Assembly: GCA_963711835.1 (NCBI GenBank)
Contig: CAVQFQ010000007.1
Coordinates: forward strand, 1 to 64,000
Source: an uncultured delta proteobacterium
GTDB lineage: Bacteria > Desulfobacterota > RBG-13-43-22
DNA: 64,000 bases
Direction of reading: 5' to 3'
The notes beneath the pieces were generated by a model. It did no database searches. It saw only the letters and a program-made list of their open reading frames with translations, and was not told the DNA's origin. Shown here one piece after another: positions 33,531 to 43,821 of this stretch (positions within the stretch are counted from its first letter, which is position 1; each line of letters opens with the position of its first letter). A program made the translations under genes and the position numbers.

Positions 33531-34561
33531 AACGCACCCTGGTCCTGCTTCTTTTTATCCTGGTTATCCCGGGGACCTTACTCTGGGATGGTTTTTACCG
33601 TTTTCTGCGCCCCCCAACGATTTCCGATCCGATAGTCCGGGTGGTTCGGATCCTGCCCGGGATGTCCCTTAAGTCCATTGCCCGTCACCTGGAACAGGAG
33701 GGGTTAATTCAGGATGCCTATAAATTCCTGGTCCTGGCCTGGTGGAAAAAGGCCGGCAAAAAGGTCCAATGGGGCGACTTTGAACTCCGGACCGGGATGC
33801 CCCCCGGGACCCTTTTGGAGTATCTTGTTACCGGCAAGACCATGTTAAAACGGGTTACCATTCCGGAGGGGTTCACCCTGGAGCAGGTCGCCGGGCGCCT
33901 GACGGAAGAAAATTTAGTCCAGGAGAAAGCTTTCTTGGACTCGGCTCGGGATCCGGATTTTCTGAAGGCCTTAGGGATTCCGGGCGATTCTTTGGAAGGC
34001 TATCTTTTCCCGGATACCTATTTCTTCCACCGGGGCATGTCCGTCCAAACCATTCAAAAAAGAATGGTCGGGAGGTTCCAGCAGGTCTGGGGAGAATTGG
34101 AAAGAGAAGGCTTATCCGCTGAGGCCCCCAGCCAAAATAAAATGGTTATCCTGGCTTCGGTGGTCGAAAAAGAAAGCGGCCTGGGCAGCGAACGCCCCCT
34201 GATTGCCTCGGTTTTTTTCAACCGCCTTGAAAAGGGCATGGCCCTGCAAAGCGATCCTACCGTGATCTATGGCCTTAAAAACTTTAACGGCAACTTGACT
34301 AAAAAAGACCTTCAAAAACCGGGTCCCTATAATACCTATATCAAGCCCGGTTTGCCTCCGGGTCCGATAGCCAATCCAGGCCGGGAGGCCTTGCGGGCCG
34401 TTCTCTCTCCGGCCCGGAGCGATTATCTGTATTTTGTTTCCAAGAATGACGGCAGCCATTGTTTTTCCGGGACCTTAAGGGAGCACCAGCGTGCCGTGGC
34501 CCGGTACCAGCTTTCCTTGAAATCAAATTCTTCTTCCAAAATCGGCAGGAATAAAATATAA
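33527..34561 (+). CDS. mltG: Endolytic transglycosylase MltG
   Basis: TIPEG, LEGYLFPDTY, ASVVEKE, LQSDPTV and GLPPGPIANPG motifs. Confidence 0.95.
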   Translation: MKRTLVLLLFILVIPGTLLWDGFYRFLRPPTISDPIVRVVRILPGMSLKSIARHLEQEGLIQDAYKFLVLAWWKKAGKKVQWGDFELRTGMPPGTLLEYLVTGKTMLKRVTIPEGFTLEQVAGRLTEENLVQEKAFLDSARDPDFLKALGIPGDSLEGYLFPDTYFFHRGMSVQTIQKRMVGRFQQVWGELEREGLSAEAPSQNKMVILASVVEKESGLGSERPLIASVFFNRLEKGMALQSDPTVIYGLKNFNGNLTKKDLQKPGPYNTYIKPGLPPGPIANPGREALRAVLSPARSDYLYFVSKNDGSHCFSGTLREHQRAVARYQLSLKSNSSSKIGRNKI

Positions 34562-34624
34562 ATTAAAGCTAACCAAAGAGTTTTGAAATTCTATTCTAAA
34601 GTCCTGAAGAAATGGTGGTGGTGG

Positions 34625-34689
34625 GTCTTATTTTTTAAGTTGTCCAAAGGGTGACTAAGAGTCCCTAATCCGGCCCGAATAACTAAGTT
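34625..34689. repeat. Degenerate partial third copy of the 29171/43561 element core
   Basis: GTCTT...AAGTTGTCCAAAGGG...AATCCGGCCCGAA...AAGTT matches the first ~65 nt of copies A and B. Confidence 0.55.
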
Positions 34690-34730
34690 TTATTGAGAGC
34701 AAGGTCACCAAATATGAGATGGTGCAGCCC

Positions 34731-35006
34731 ATGAGCAAATTCCAGCATACCCATGAGTTTGTAAATCAATACACCGGCCTGGTCGGTTTCGGCCTGGATC
34801 GGGATACCGATGAAAAATCCCTGATGGTTTACCTTCAAAAATTTTCGGATGATACCCTGATGAAAACCATCCTGCCCCGTCTTAGTGATGCGGAGATCCG
34901 GGACCTTTTTGATCTCATTGCCCGTATCCTCAAGACCCACCTTAAGGAAAACGAATATCATCACCTCTTCCTCGGAGATGATGACGACCCGAAACCTGAG
35001 GCCTAA
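34731..35006 (+). CDS. Small hypothetical cytoplasmic protein
   Basis: Clean ORF with protein-like composition (YTGLVGFGLDRDTDE...YLQKFSDD...EYHHLFL). Confidence 0.65.
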   Translation: MSKFQHTHEFVNQYTGLVGFGLDRDTDEKSLMVYLQKFSDDTLMKTILPRLSDAEIRDLFDLIARILKTHLKENEYHHLFLGDDDDPKPEA

Positions 35007-35077
35007 ATTTGGGAAGGTTCAAAAGGGATCCGTTCCGAAAAAGACCCTCGCTCTTAAGCGGAAGGACTTCGTAGGTT

Positions 35078-36082
35078 TTGCCCAAGGAGAAGTTACCTAC
35101 CCTGATAGAAAAAATCCGGAGTTATCCGGGTCTGTTGCGGAAGCAGCCGATTCAGGAGGTCTATGAAAGGCTGGTTCAGACCCAACCTTTCGGTTCTCAA
35201 CTGCCCAACTATGGGGATGATGCCGCCGTGATTCCCTGGGGGGAGGGGTTTTTACTCCTGGCCGCCGACGGCATCATGCCCCAATTGCTTATAAATGAAC
35301 CCTATGCCGCCGGCAAGGCTTCGGTCATGGTCACGGTCAATGATATTTATTCCATGGGCGGCCGGCCGATCGCCCTGGTGAATGTCCTGGCCTGCGGGGA
35401 TGAAGCCCGGCGGCTGGAGGTAGTGGAAGGCATCAAAAAAGGGTGTGAGAAACTCCGGGTGCCCATGGTCGGCGGCCACCTCCATCCTGATGCCCCGGAT
35501 GAAGCCCCGGCCCTCTCAGTGGCCATATTAGGCTTTGCCAAGAAGGTCCTGCGCAGCCACCTGGCCCGACCGGGAGATGACCTGGTCCTGGCGGTCGATC
35601 TCAAGGGGCGGAAAGGCTGCCGATCGGTGGTCAGTTGGGATGCCAATTCTGGAAAAAGTTCTGAGGAACTCCTCTTCCGATTGGAGACCCTGCCCTTAAT
35701 TGCCGAACAGGAGTTGGCTTATGCCGCCAAGGACATCAGCAATGCCGGGATCCTGGGAACCCTGTCGATTATGATGGAAAATTCCGGACAGGGGGCCGAG
35801 GTGGACCTGGCGGCCATACCCAAACCGGCCGGGATCGGATTTGCGGATTGGCTGCTGGCTTTTCAGAGCTTTAGTTTTATTTTGTCCGTTCCCGGCGATC
35901 GATCCCGGCAGGTGATCCGCCTTTTTAAGGAAAGGGAGATCGAGGCCGATCGGGTGGGAAAAGTAGTCTCCGGACCACAGGTTATCCTTAAACAGGGCAG
36001 CCAGAGAGAGGTCTTGTTTGATTTCTCGAAGGAAACGATAACGGGCATTCGCTACCCGGGTTCATCAAAAGAAGGGGCCTGA
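35078..36082 (+). CDS. AIR synthase-related (PurM/ThiL/SelD fold) protein, sll0787-like
   Basis: GDDAAVI, VNDIYSMGGRP, VGGHLH and KDISNAGILGT motifs. Confidence 0.8.
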   Translation: MPKEKLPTLIEKIRSYPGLLRKQPIQEVYERLVQTQPFGSQLPNYGDDAAVIPWGEGFLLLAADGIMPQLLINEPYAAGKASVMVTVNDIYSMGGRPIALVNVLACGDEARRLEVVEGIKKGCEKLRVPMVGGHLHPDAPDEAPALSVAILGFAKKVLRSHLARPGDDLVLAVDLKGRKGCRSVVSWDANSGKSSEELLFRLETLPLIAEQELAYAAKDISNAGILGTLSIMMENSGQGAEVDLAAIPKPAGIGFADWLLAFQSFSFILSVPGDRSRQVIRLFKEREIEADRVGKVVSGPQVILKQGSQREVLFDFSKETITGIRYPGSSKEGA

Positions 36083-36094
36083 TACTAATACCTT

Positions 36095-37879
36095 ATGGGC
36101 ATCCAACATAGAGTAGGCTTCAAGTTAATCCTCATTTATCTGATCTCGGTGATCCTGGCGCTGACCGCGGTTTTATTGGTGGCCGAATCGATTATTTCCC
36201 AGCAGGTTTATAAACGCCACCAGAAGAAGCTGGATACCCTTTCTCAAAAGGTCTTTTTCAGCCTGGAAAAAGAAAAGGACCAGATTCGGTTGATGGCCCG
36301 AGCCATTGCCAATTTCGGCCAGGTCGGGAATCTGGTGGAGAAAGGGGATATCAACGGCATCCGAAAGCTGGTGGTTTCGGTATTCAAGGAATCAGGTCTG
36401 GATGTGCTTTTTATTGTGGGAAATCAGAAGAGGGAACTGGTCCGTTTCCAATCCGCCCGATTCCGGATGTTAAATCCCCAGGAAGGCGATCAGATCAAAA
36501 AGGCCATCTGGGGCAATTACCGAGTCCGGGTGAGCCGCTGGGCCCAGGGCATTTTCGTGAGCGGCAGCGCCCCGATCATGAATGAGGAATCCTTCAAGGG
36601 CCAGGTTTTCGCTGGGGTCTTGATCGACAACCACTTTTTGGAGGAACTGGCCAAGGATACGGATTCATTTCTGGCCATCATCAAGGAAGGCAACGTGATG
36701 GCCAGCACCTTTTCCAACAAAGAAGAACCGGGAGAGGAACTGGAATTCTCAGAAGAGTTGCTCCAGGACATCAAGGCCTTAAAAGGGCAACCCCTCCCGG
36801 TGACCGTGGAAGAAAAATTATATACCATGAAATCCCAGCCCCTGAGGGATGGGGAAGGAAACGTCCTGGGTTTTCTGGTGATCGGCCTTTCCCGGGGAGA
36901 ACTGACCCAAACCCTGAGTTCCCTGCGCCGCATCATCCTGAGCGTAGGAGGGGCCGGGGCCTTCTTAGGGATCCTTCTGACCGTTTTATTGACCCATAAA
37001 ATGAGACGGCAGATCATTCATCTTACGGCCGGGACGGAAAAGATCATCGCCGGGGACCTGTCGGAGGCCATACCCCAGATCAGCCGGGATGAGTTGGGGA
37101 GTTTAGCCGGGTCCTTTAACACCATGGCTCAGACGCTGAAGGAAAGAAATCGGATTCTGGAGGAAGAGAAAGATAAGATTTTGGCCAATGTGGATTTCTT
37201 GTCCATGATGGTCCATGATGTCAAAGCCCCCATCAGCGGCATCCGTTTGCTGATCGAAACCCTGTTGGAGGAACCGCTGCCGGCGGCCATTAAAGAACGG
37301 CTGGGCGCTATAGGGGAAAGTCTTGAGGAATTGCTGATGCAGCTCTATAATGTCCTGACCATATCTCAGATTGAGAAGGGGCCGTTTACCCTGAGAAGGG
37401 AACGGGCCGATTTAAATTCCTCCGTTTCCTATGTCCGCTCCCAATGCCAGGTGTTGGCGGATCGAAAGGAGATTCGCCTGATTGAAGAGCTGGGTCTGGA
37501 TCTGCCCGCCATTGAGGCCGATGAGTTTTACCTGGAACGTCTTATGTATAACCTGATCATTAATGCCGTTCATTGGGCCCCGGCCAAGGGCTGGGTCAGG
37601 ATCAAGACCGGGGCGCTCCGGACTAAAGATAAAAACGAAGTTTTTCTGGAGGTCAGCGACAGCGGGCCGGGTATTCCTCCGGACCAAAGGCCCTATCTTT
37701 TCGGAAAATACAGGGCCCAGAAAGAGAAGGGGGATTTAATGGGCGTTCATTCCGGGTTGGGGTTATTTATCTCCCAGACCATCACCCAGGCCCACGGCGG
37801 GAGTTTGCGGGAGGAAGGCCTTCCCGGAGAAGGGGCTCGGTTTGTTTGCATCCTGCCGGCAGCGGAGTCGATCGGATAA
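36095..37879 (+). CDS. HAMP-domain sensor histidine kinase with periplasmic Cache-like domain
   Basis: Two TMs, HAMP, H-box VHDVKAP, N-box NLIINA, DSGPG and GLGL. Confidence 0.92.
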   Translation: MGIQHRVGFKLILIYLISVILALTAVLLVAESIISQQVYKRHQKKLDTLSQKVFFSLEKEKDQIRLMARAIANFGQVGNLVEKGDINGIRKLVVSVFKESGLDVLFIVGNQKRELVRFQSARFRMLNPQEGDQIKKAIWGNYRVRVSRWAQGIFVSGSAPIMNEESFKGQVFAGVLIDNHFLEELAKDTDSFLAIIKEGNVMASTFSNKEEPGEELEFSEELLQDIKALKGQPLPVTVEEKLYTMKSQPLRDGEGNVLGFLVIGLSRGELTQTLSSLRRIILSVGGAGAFLGILLTVLLTHKMRRQIIHLTAGTEKIIAGDLSEAIPQISRDELGSLAGSFNTMAQTLKERNRILEEEKDKILANVDFLSMMVHDVKAPISGIRLLIETLLEEPLPAAIKERLGAIGESLEELLMQLYNVLTISQIEKGPFTLRRERADLNSSVSYVRSQCQVLADRKEIRLIEELGLDLPAIEADEFYLERLMYNLIINAVHWAPAKGWVRIKTGALRTKDKNEVFLEVSDSGPGIPPDQRPYLFGKYRAQKEKGDLMGVHSGLGLFISQTITQAHGGSLREEGLPGEGARFVCILPAAESIG

Positions 37880-37884
37880 TCCTC

Positions 37885-39228
37885 ATGGCTCAAATCCTGA
37901 TCGTGGATGACGATTTGAATACCTGCCAGGCCTTGACCCTGGTATTGGGTAAAGAGGGCCACCAGGTCCTGGAGGCCCATTCGGGGAAGGAAGCCCTGGA
38001 AAAGATCCGCAGTCAGGAAGTGGAACTGGCTATTGTTGATCTGAAGATGCCCGGGATGACGGGCTTAGAATTCTTTCAAACCATGAAGGCCCTTAGACCC
38101 GAGGTGATCGCCATCATGATTTCAGCGCATGCGACTGTGGACCAGGCGGTTGGGGCCATCAAGAGCGGCATCTATGATTTCATCACCAAGCCGTTTCATC
38201 TAAGCGATATCAAAAGGGCTGTGGCCCGGGCCCTGGAAGCCCAATCCTTATGGATCGAAAACCGGCGTCTGCGCCAGGCCTTGCGGGAAAAATCCTCTTT
38301 CTCGGAGATCATAGGGAAAAGTCCGGCCTTTGTGCGCATCATGGATCTGGTTTCCAAGGTGGCGCCGACCCGGAGCACGGTACTCCTTTCCGGAGAAAGC
38401 GGAACCGGGAAGGAGATCATTGCCGAGGCCATTCATTTTGCCAGCCCCCGAGAAGAAGGCCCCCTGATCAAACTAAATTGCGGGGCGCTGACGGAGACCT
38501 TGCTTGAATCGGAATTGTTCGGCCATGAAAAAGGGGCCTTTACCGGGGCTTATCAACAGCGGATGGGACGATTTGAGCAGGCCAACGGGGGTACGCTTTT
38601 TCTGGATGAGATCGGCGAAATGAGCCTGGCCATGCAGGTCAAGCTCCTGCGGGTTCTGCAGGACGGATGTTTCGAGCGGGTCGGCAGCAGCCGGACCATC
38701 CAGGTGGATGTTCGAGTCATAGCCGCCACCAACAAGGATCTGGAAAAGGAAATAAGAGAAGAGCGATTTCGACAGGATTTATTTTATAGAATTAATGTGA
38801 TTACGATCGAGATCCCCCCCTTAAGGGAAAGAAGCGAAGATATCCCGTTATTGGCCCATCATTTCCTGGCCAAGTATTCCGAAATAAATAAGAAAAAAAA
38901 TGGAGGGTTTTCTGCCGGCCTCCTTCAGGCCCTCCTGCATTATTCCTGGCCGGGTAATGTCCGTGAACTTGAAAATATAATTGAACGAGCCGTCTCTCTT
39001 AGTCAAACGGATAAGATCGAAATTACGGATTTACCGCCCCGGGTTTTAAACGCGCCTTTTTCGGATGACTATTTCATGCTGCCTTTCGGTAAGAGCTTGG
39101 ATGAAATTGAAAAAATGGTCATTGATAAGACGGTCATTAAAACCCGCGGAGACAAGAGGACCGCGGCTCACATGCTGGGCATAAGCCTTTCCAGTTTATA
39201 TAACAAACTTAATCGCAAGGATGGCTAA
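37885..39228 (+). CDS. Sigma-54-dependent response regulator (NtrC family)
   Basis: Receiver domain, GESGTGKE, ESELFGHEKGAFTGA and Fis-type HTH. Confidence 0.95.
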   Translation: MAQILIVDDDLNTCQALTLVLGKEGHQVLEAHSGKEALEKIRSQEVELAIVDLKMPGMTGLEFFQTMKALRPEVIAIMISAHATVDQAVGAIKSGIYDFITKPFHLSDIKRAVARALEAQSLWIENRRLRQALREKSSFSEIIGKSPAFVRIMDLVSKVAPTRSTVLLSGESGTGKEIIAEAIHFASPREEGPLIKLNCGALTETLLESELFGHEKGAFTGAYQQRMGRFEQANGGTLFLDEIGEMSLAMQVKLLRVLQDGCFERVGSSRTIQVDVRVIAATNKDLEKEIREERFRQDLFYRINVITIEIPPLRERSEDIPLLAHHFLAKYSEINKKKNGGFSAGLLQALLHYSWPGNVRELENIIERAVSLSQTDKIEITDLPPRVLNAPFSDDYFMLPFGKSLDEIEKMVIDKTVIKTRGDKRTAAHMLGISLSSLYNKLNRKDG

Positions 39229-39231
39229 GCC

Positions 39232-42200
39232 GTGTCTTTGAATTATCGGGCCTTTTGTTTGGGCCGGACCATAAAAGGATCGTTTTTTTCTCAGGTGATA
39301 GCCGGGTTTCTTACGGGCTCTATGCTTTGGGCAGCCCCGGCAGATCCGGCCAAGAAACCGGCCCAGGAAAAGCCCGGCGTAGAAACCAAAATCAAACAGG
39401 TTCCCGGGGAAGGATCGCACAGCACCCCCCTTTGGAAAGGGTATTGGGAGAAGGCCAGAGGGGCCGTCCTGCTGAACCAGTACAACGAGGCGGTCCGCTT
39501 TTTTCGTCAGGCCCTGGCCTTAAAGCCTAACCTGGACGAGGCCCGCCTGGAATTGGCCCGGGTCCTGGAATCTCAGGAGAAATGGGGGGAGGCTATTGGG
39601 GAATTGGAGGTCCTGGCCGATCACCAGCCCTTGAATATCAAGATCCAGAAGGAGCTGGCCGATCTCTTTTCCCGGCAAAAGGAATACCGCCGGGCTTCCG
39701 AGCGCTACCTCTGGATCCTGCAGAAGGAGCCGGAAAACCTTCCCGTCCGCCTGGCCCTGGCCCGTAATTTTTTTGAGGTGAATGAGCTTGAAAAGGCCCT
39801 GATCGAGTGGCGTCAGGTCTTGATCCGGGATCCCCAGAATACGGAAGCGCGTCTTCAGATGGTGGAGGCCCTGATCGCCACCCGGCGGCTGGATGAATCC
39901 ATTCAGATCCTGGACTACCTGGTCAAACATTTTCCCAAGCAATCAGGCCTGAAGCGGAAGATGGCCCAGGCCCTGGTGCTGGCCCAAAAATTCAAAGAGG
40001 CGCTCCCCTATCTTCAGGAGCTCAATCGGCAGGATCCGGTGGATCTGGAAGTTCAACTGATGTTGGCTCAAGTCCTGGCGGCTGTAAGAAATTATGATCA
40101 ATCCCTGCCCTACCTGGAAACCTATCTAAAGAAAAAGCCCGACAATAGCAGTGCTCTCTTAGAGAAAGCCAGGGCTTTGTTGAATACCGGCCATGCCGTC
40201 CAGGCCATGGAGATTTACGAGCGCCTCAAGAAAATGGATGGGAACAATACCGAACTCCTCAGGGAAATGGCTGAGGCCTATGTTGTCTCCGGAAAGCTCA
40301 AAGAGGCCATCTTGGCCACCCAGCACCTCATTCAACATTTCCCCAATGAATATCAACTCCACGAAAAAGCGGGAACCCTTTACCTGCAACTCCGGGAATA
40401 CGGCCAAGCTATCGCCCCTTTCCAGAATGCCCTGGCCCTGGATCCGGATAATCCTTTCGCCCAGTTGGGCTTAGCCCGGGCCTACCATTTTTCCGGACAA
40501 AGGGAAAAGGCCCTGCCCCTGTATCGAAGCCTGTTGCAGCAACGGGAGGACCCGGGACTGAAGGTGGAGTTGGCTGATCTCCTTTACGAAACCGGAAAAT
40601 TCAGCGAGGCCTTTGCCTACTACAACCAGGTCTTGACTGAAAAACCCGATCTCTGGGAAGTTCGCTTCAAGCTGGCCACCGGTTATTACCGGCAGAAAGA
40701 GTTCCCCCTGGCGGCCCAACAACTTGAACGTTTGGTACGGGAGCAACCGGAACAGGGAGGGATCTGGACCTTGGTCGGGTACAACGCCCTGGAACAAGGC
40801 GATTATGGCTTGGCTCAACAGGCCTTTCGAAGAGTCCTGTTGCTGGGACAGGACCGCGGCAATATCCTCCTCAGGTTGGGGGAGACCTATCGCCTTCAAG
40901 GGTATCCCTGGAAGGGCCTGACTTACCTGGATTGGGCCCTTGAAATCCAACCCGGGGATAAGGAAATTTTGATCGAAAAGGCCATGGCCCTCATAGACGG
41001 GGGTGGGTTTGCCCAGGCCCAGAGGATTCTGGAGGCCGTAAATAATAAGAGCCCCGATTCCTTTAAGGTGCGCCGGGCCGGGGCGCGTCTCCTGGCGGCC
41101 CAGGGCCGAAGAGACGAAAGCGAGGCGGCCTGGACGGCCCTGGAAAAGGCCTTTCCTTCAGAGCAGGCTCTCATTTTTCAGGACCGGGCGGCCTTCTATG
41201 CCTCTCAACAAAAGTGGGGTCCGGCTTTGACCGCCCTTAAAGCGGCCCAGATCAAAAATCCCCTGAATCTTGATATCCAAAAAAAGATAGGACGGCTTTT
41301 GGTCAGGATGGGTTTATGGGCGGAAGCCGAATCCTTTTATCTGGACCTGGATAAGAAAAAAATCCTTTTGGATGAAGCCTATCTGGGGCTGGGTCTTATC
41401 CATATCCGCGGGAACCGGCCTGAACCGGCCCAGGAGATGATGTGGCAGGCCCTCTGTAAGGCCCCGGAATCCATTCCGATCCGTTTTTGGCTGATGCGGG
41501 GCTATGGACACAAAAAGGAGATGACCCGGGCCGCCGGGAAGATAGAGGAAACGCTGCTGCAATTCAGCCGTTCTCAAGAAGGGGGACTTTTGGCCTTGGC
41601 CGATGCCTATCAGGAAGCCGGGGACTGGAAAAAGGCCTATCCCCTTTACCGGGAAGTGCTTGAAAAGGGGGAAGACGATGAGTTATTGCAAGCGGCTTTC
41701 CGGATCAGCGCCGTCCTCCTTCCCTCCGGGGAGATCGAAGAGGTTAAAGAATTATTCGAGGATTTGCAGAAGCGATTTCCCCGCAACCAGAAGGTAGCCC
41801 GGACCTTGATCCAGGTCTATTCCCAAGATAAGGAATACGGCCAGGCCATCCGGGTGATTGATCAGCTTTATAAGCAGGAGGATCCCAAGGATCCGGTCTT
41901 AACCTGGCAAAAGGCCCGTCTCCTGGAGAAATGGCACAAGCATTCTTCTTCTCAAGCCACCTACAGCAGACTTTTAGAGCCGCCGGTAGATCACATTCTA
42001 TCGGCACGATTGGAAGCCTGGCTGCCGAAGGCCGATCCGGCTTGGCAGAAACTCATTAAAGAATTGACCGCCCAGGAAGGCTATCCTCAGCCCTATGGGC
42101 TGTTTGAAAGGACCGTCAAAATCCTGGATTATTCAGAAACGGGAGAGTCTCTCCAGCCGATACGGGAATTCATCGAAATTCTGAAGGTCTTGGCCCTGAT

Positions 42201-42357
42201 TCAAAAGAAGACCTACCTGGAAATGGAGGGGAAGGACCTGTTGTGGAAGGGCCTTTTTTTTCAGGCCCGGGTCCCTCTTGAGGAATTAAAGGATCTGGAT
42301 CCGGATCATGAGGAAGCGGAGCAGGACCTGGTTAAAAGTTACCGCCTGCAGAATTAA
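39232..42357 (+). CDS. Large tetratricopeptide-repeat protein, probably exported
   Basis: Many TPR-like repeats (e.g. ALALKPNLDEARLELARVL) and a hydrophobic N-terminal segment. Confidence 0.85.
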   Translation: MSLNYRAFCLGRTIKGSFFSQVIAGFLTGSMLWAAPADPAKKPAQEKPGVETKIKQVPGEGSHSTPLWKGYWEKARGAVLLNQYNEAVRFFRQALALKPNLDEARLELARVLESQEKWGEAIGELEVLADHQPLNIKIQKELADLFSRQKEYRRASERYLWILQKEPENLPVRLALARNFFEVNELEKALIEWRQVLIRDPQNTEARLQMVEALIATRRLDESIQILDYLVKHFPKQSGLKRKMAQALVLAQKFKEALPYLQELNRQDPVDLEVQLMLAQVLAAVRNYDQSLPYLETYLKKKPDNSSALLEKARALLNTGHAVQAMEIYERLKKMDGNNTELLREMAEAYVVSGKLKEAILATQHLIQHFPNEYQLHEKAGTLYLQLREYGQAIAPFQNALALDPDNPFAQLGLARAYHFSGQREKALPLYRSLLQQREDPGLKVELADLLYETGKFSEAFAYYNQVLTEKPDLWEVRFKLATGYYRQKEFPLAAQQLERLVREQPEQGGIWTLVGYNALEQGDYGLAQQAFRRVLLLGQDRGNILLRLGETYRLQGYPWKGLTYLDWALEIQPGDKEILIEKAMALIDGGGFAQAQRILEAVNNKSPDSFKVRRAGARLLAAQGRRDESEAAWTALEKAFPSEQALIFQDRAAFYASQQKWGPALTALKAAQIKNPLNLDIQKKIGRLLVRMGLWAEAESFYLDLDKKKILLDEAYLGLGLIHIRGNRPEPAQEMMWQALCKAPESIPIRFWLMRGYGHKKEMTRAAGKIEETLLQFSRSQEGGLLALADAYQEAGDWKKAYPLYREVLEKGEDDELLQAAFRISAVLLPSGEIEEVKELFEDLQKRFPRNQKVARTLIQVYSQDKEYGQAIRVIDQLYKQEDPKDPVLTWQKARLLEKWHKHSSSQATYSRLLEPPVDHILSARLEAWLPKADPAWQKLIKELTAQEGYPQPYGLFERTVKILDYSETGESLQPIREFIEILKVLALIQKKTYLEMEGKDLLWKGLFFQARVPLEELKDLDPDHEEAEQDLVKSYRLQN

Positions 42358-42365
42358 TTCTTTGA

Positions 42366-42460
42366 TAACGTTCAAAAGTTACGGCACTGGCGTATTATGG
42401 CCTGACTTGGTCCCTTTCCATCGGGTATCAGAAATATTAGGCCACAACATTTGAACGATA
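42366..42460. repeat. ~95-bp element with terminal inverted repeats TAACGTTCAAAAGTT / AACATTTGAACGATA
   Basis: 15-bp IR with 2 mismatches. Same terminus as the 43515-43821 element, and internal similarity to 10823-10926. Confidence 0.6.
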
Positions 42461-42468
42461 CCCATTCG

Positions 42469-43476
42469 TTAACCGTCGGCAGCCGATTCCCCCGGCTCTT
42501 TGCCCGGCTTTCTATTTTTTACGATTCTCCTCTTTAAGACCCGATGCCAATCCGTAAAATTTCCTTCCCCTCGAGCTTGCTCCAAATGATCGGACATCAT
42601 TTTTAATTTTCCTTCCAGGTCATCCAACATGTGCACCAGGAGGGCTTCGCGGGTTTGAGGAAGGATCGGGGAACCGAATTCCAATTGACCGTGATGGGAG
42701 AGAAGGATGTGCTCCAACTGGGTCAGGATTTTCGGGTCTTCCCAGGAAAGGCCTTTAGCGGCCTCCCGGACCATTTCCCAGCCTAAGGTGACATGACCCA
42801 ACAACTGCCCCTCATAGGAATTGTCGGTTGACAACACGCCTTCCAACTCCTTCAGCTTGCCGATATCATGTAAGGCCGCTCCGGCTAACACCAGGCCTTT
42901 ATGGAGTTCGGGATAAAAGCGGATAACCTCCCGGGCCAGTTCAAACACCCGAAAGGTATGCTCCAAAAGGCCTCCCCAGTAGGCATGGTGATACATTTTA
43001 GAGGCCGGCCACCGGGTGAAGGTTTCCTGATGGCCGTGAAGCAGGGAAAGGGTTAAGGCTTTTAAGGAAGACGGTTCGACTTCCGTTTCCACCCCGGCCA
43101 GGAGGGCATCCCAAGCGGCCTGGATATCCAAATCGGTCCGGGGGATAAGCAGGTCCATTTCAAAGCCGGCCTTTTGGACCTGCTCCGGATCCATAAAATC
43201 AATGGCTTTAATTTTTTCTATGGTCAGTTGGAGTTCATCCTGAAAGGACTCCACCTTGCCGGCCACTCCGGCAAACTGGCCTTCCAGGAACAGCGGGTCA
43301 ACCTGATTCAAGGCCTCGCTCCAGATCTTGGCGCCCAGGCTGCCGGTCCGGTCGGCCAGAAGGACATCCAAATAGTCTTTCCCGGTCCGAGTGCGCCGCC
43401 GTTCTTTCTTCTTGATTAGAAAAAATTGGCTGACCCGGTCGCCCGGTTTCAGGTCGGCGATAAAGATATGGGGCAT
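42469..43476 (-). CDS. yhaM: YhaM/Cbf1 family 3'-5' exoribonuclease (OB + HD domain)
   Basis: OB-fold N-terminus, HHAYWGGLLEH, LHDIGK and SHHG motifs. Confidence 0.88.
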   Translation of the reverse strand: MPHIFIADLKPGDRVSQFFLIKKKERRRTRTGKDYLDVLLADRTGSLGAKIWSEALNQVDPLFLEGQFAGVAGKVESFQDELQLTIEKIKAIDFMDPEQVQKAGFEMDLLIPRTDLDIQAAWDALLAGVETEVEPSSLKALTLSLLHGHQETFTRWPASKMYHHAYWGGLLEHTFRVFELAREVIRFYPELHKGLVLAGAALHDIGKLKELEGVLSTDNSYEGQLLGHVTLGWEMVREAAKGLSWEDPKILTQLEHILLSHHGQLEFGSPILPQTREALLVHMLDDLEGKLKMMSDHLEQARGEGNFTDWHRVLKRRIVKNRKPGKEPGESAADG

Positions 43477-43514
43477 AGGGACCCTCCGTATTCTGAATTC
43501 TGTTTCCTGAATTT

Positions 43515-43821
43515 ATTGGTAACGTTCAAAAGGTAAGGCAAAAGTTATCTCTACCTAAAAAGGGGTCCGATGGTCTTGATTTCAAGGATTGTCCACCAAA
43601 ACACAGATAGCTTGAACCCGGGCAGGAAGTTTATAAGGTGGTCCAGAAACAGGCCAACACCAAAGCTGTTTATCGTCTTGGGTGTATGCCCGGCACCGAA
43701 TTAACTTTAAGGTTTGGGCCGGATTTGGGCGATGGGTTGCCCTTTGGACAACCTTGAAATCAAGACCATCGGACCCCTCTACGGGAGAACCGTAAGGCCT
43801 CAACTTTTGAACGTTACCAAT
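43515..43821. mobile_element. MITE-like nested inverted-repeat element, copy B
   Basis: Perfect outer 18-bp IR (43515-43532 / 43804-43821) and perfect inner 27-bp IR (43561-43587 / 43752-43778). The core is an inverted homolog of copy A. Confidence 0.7.
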
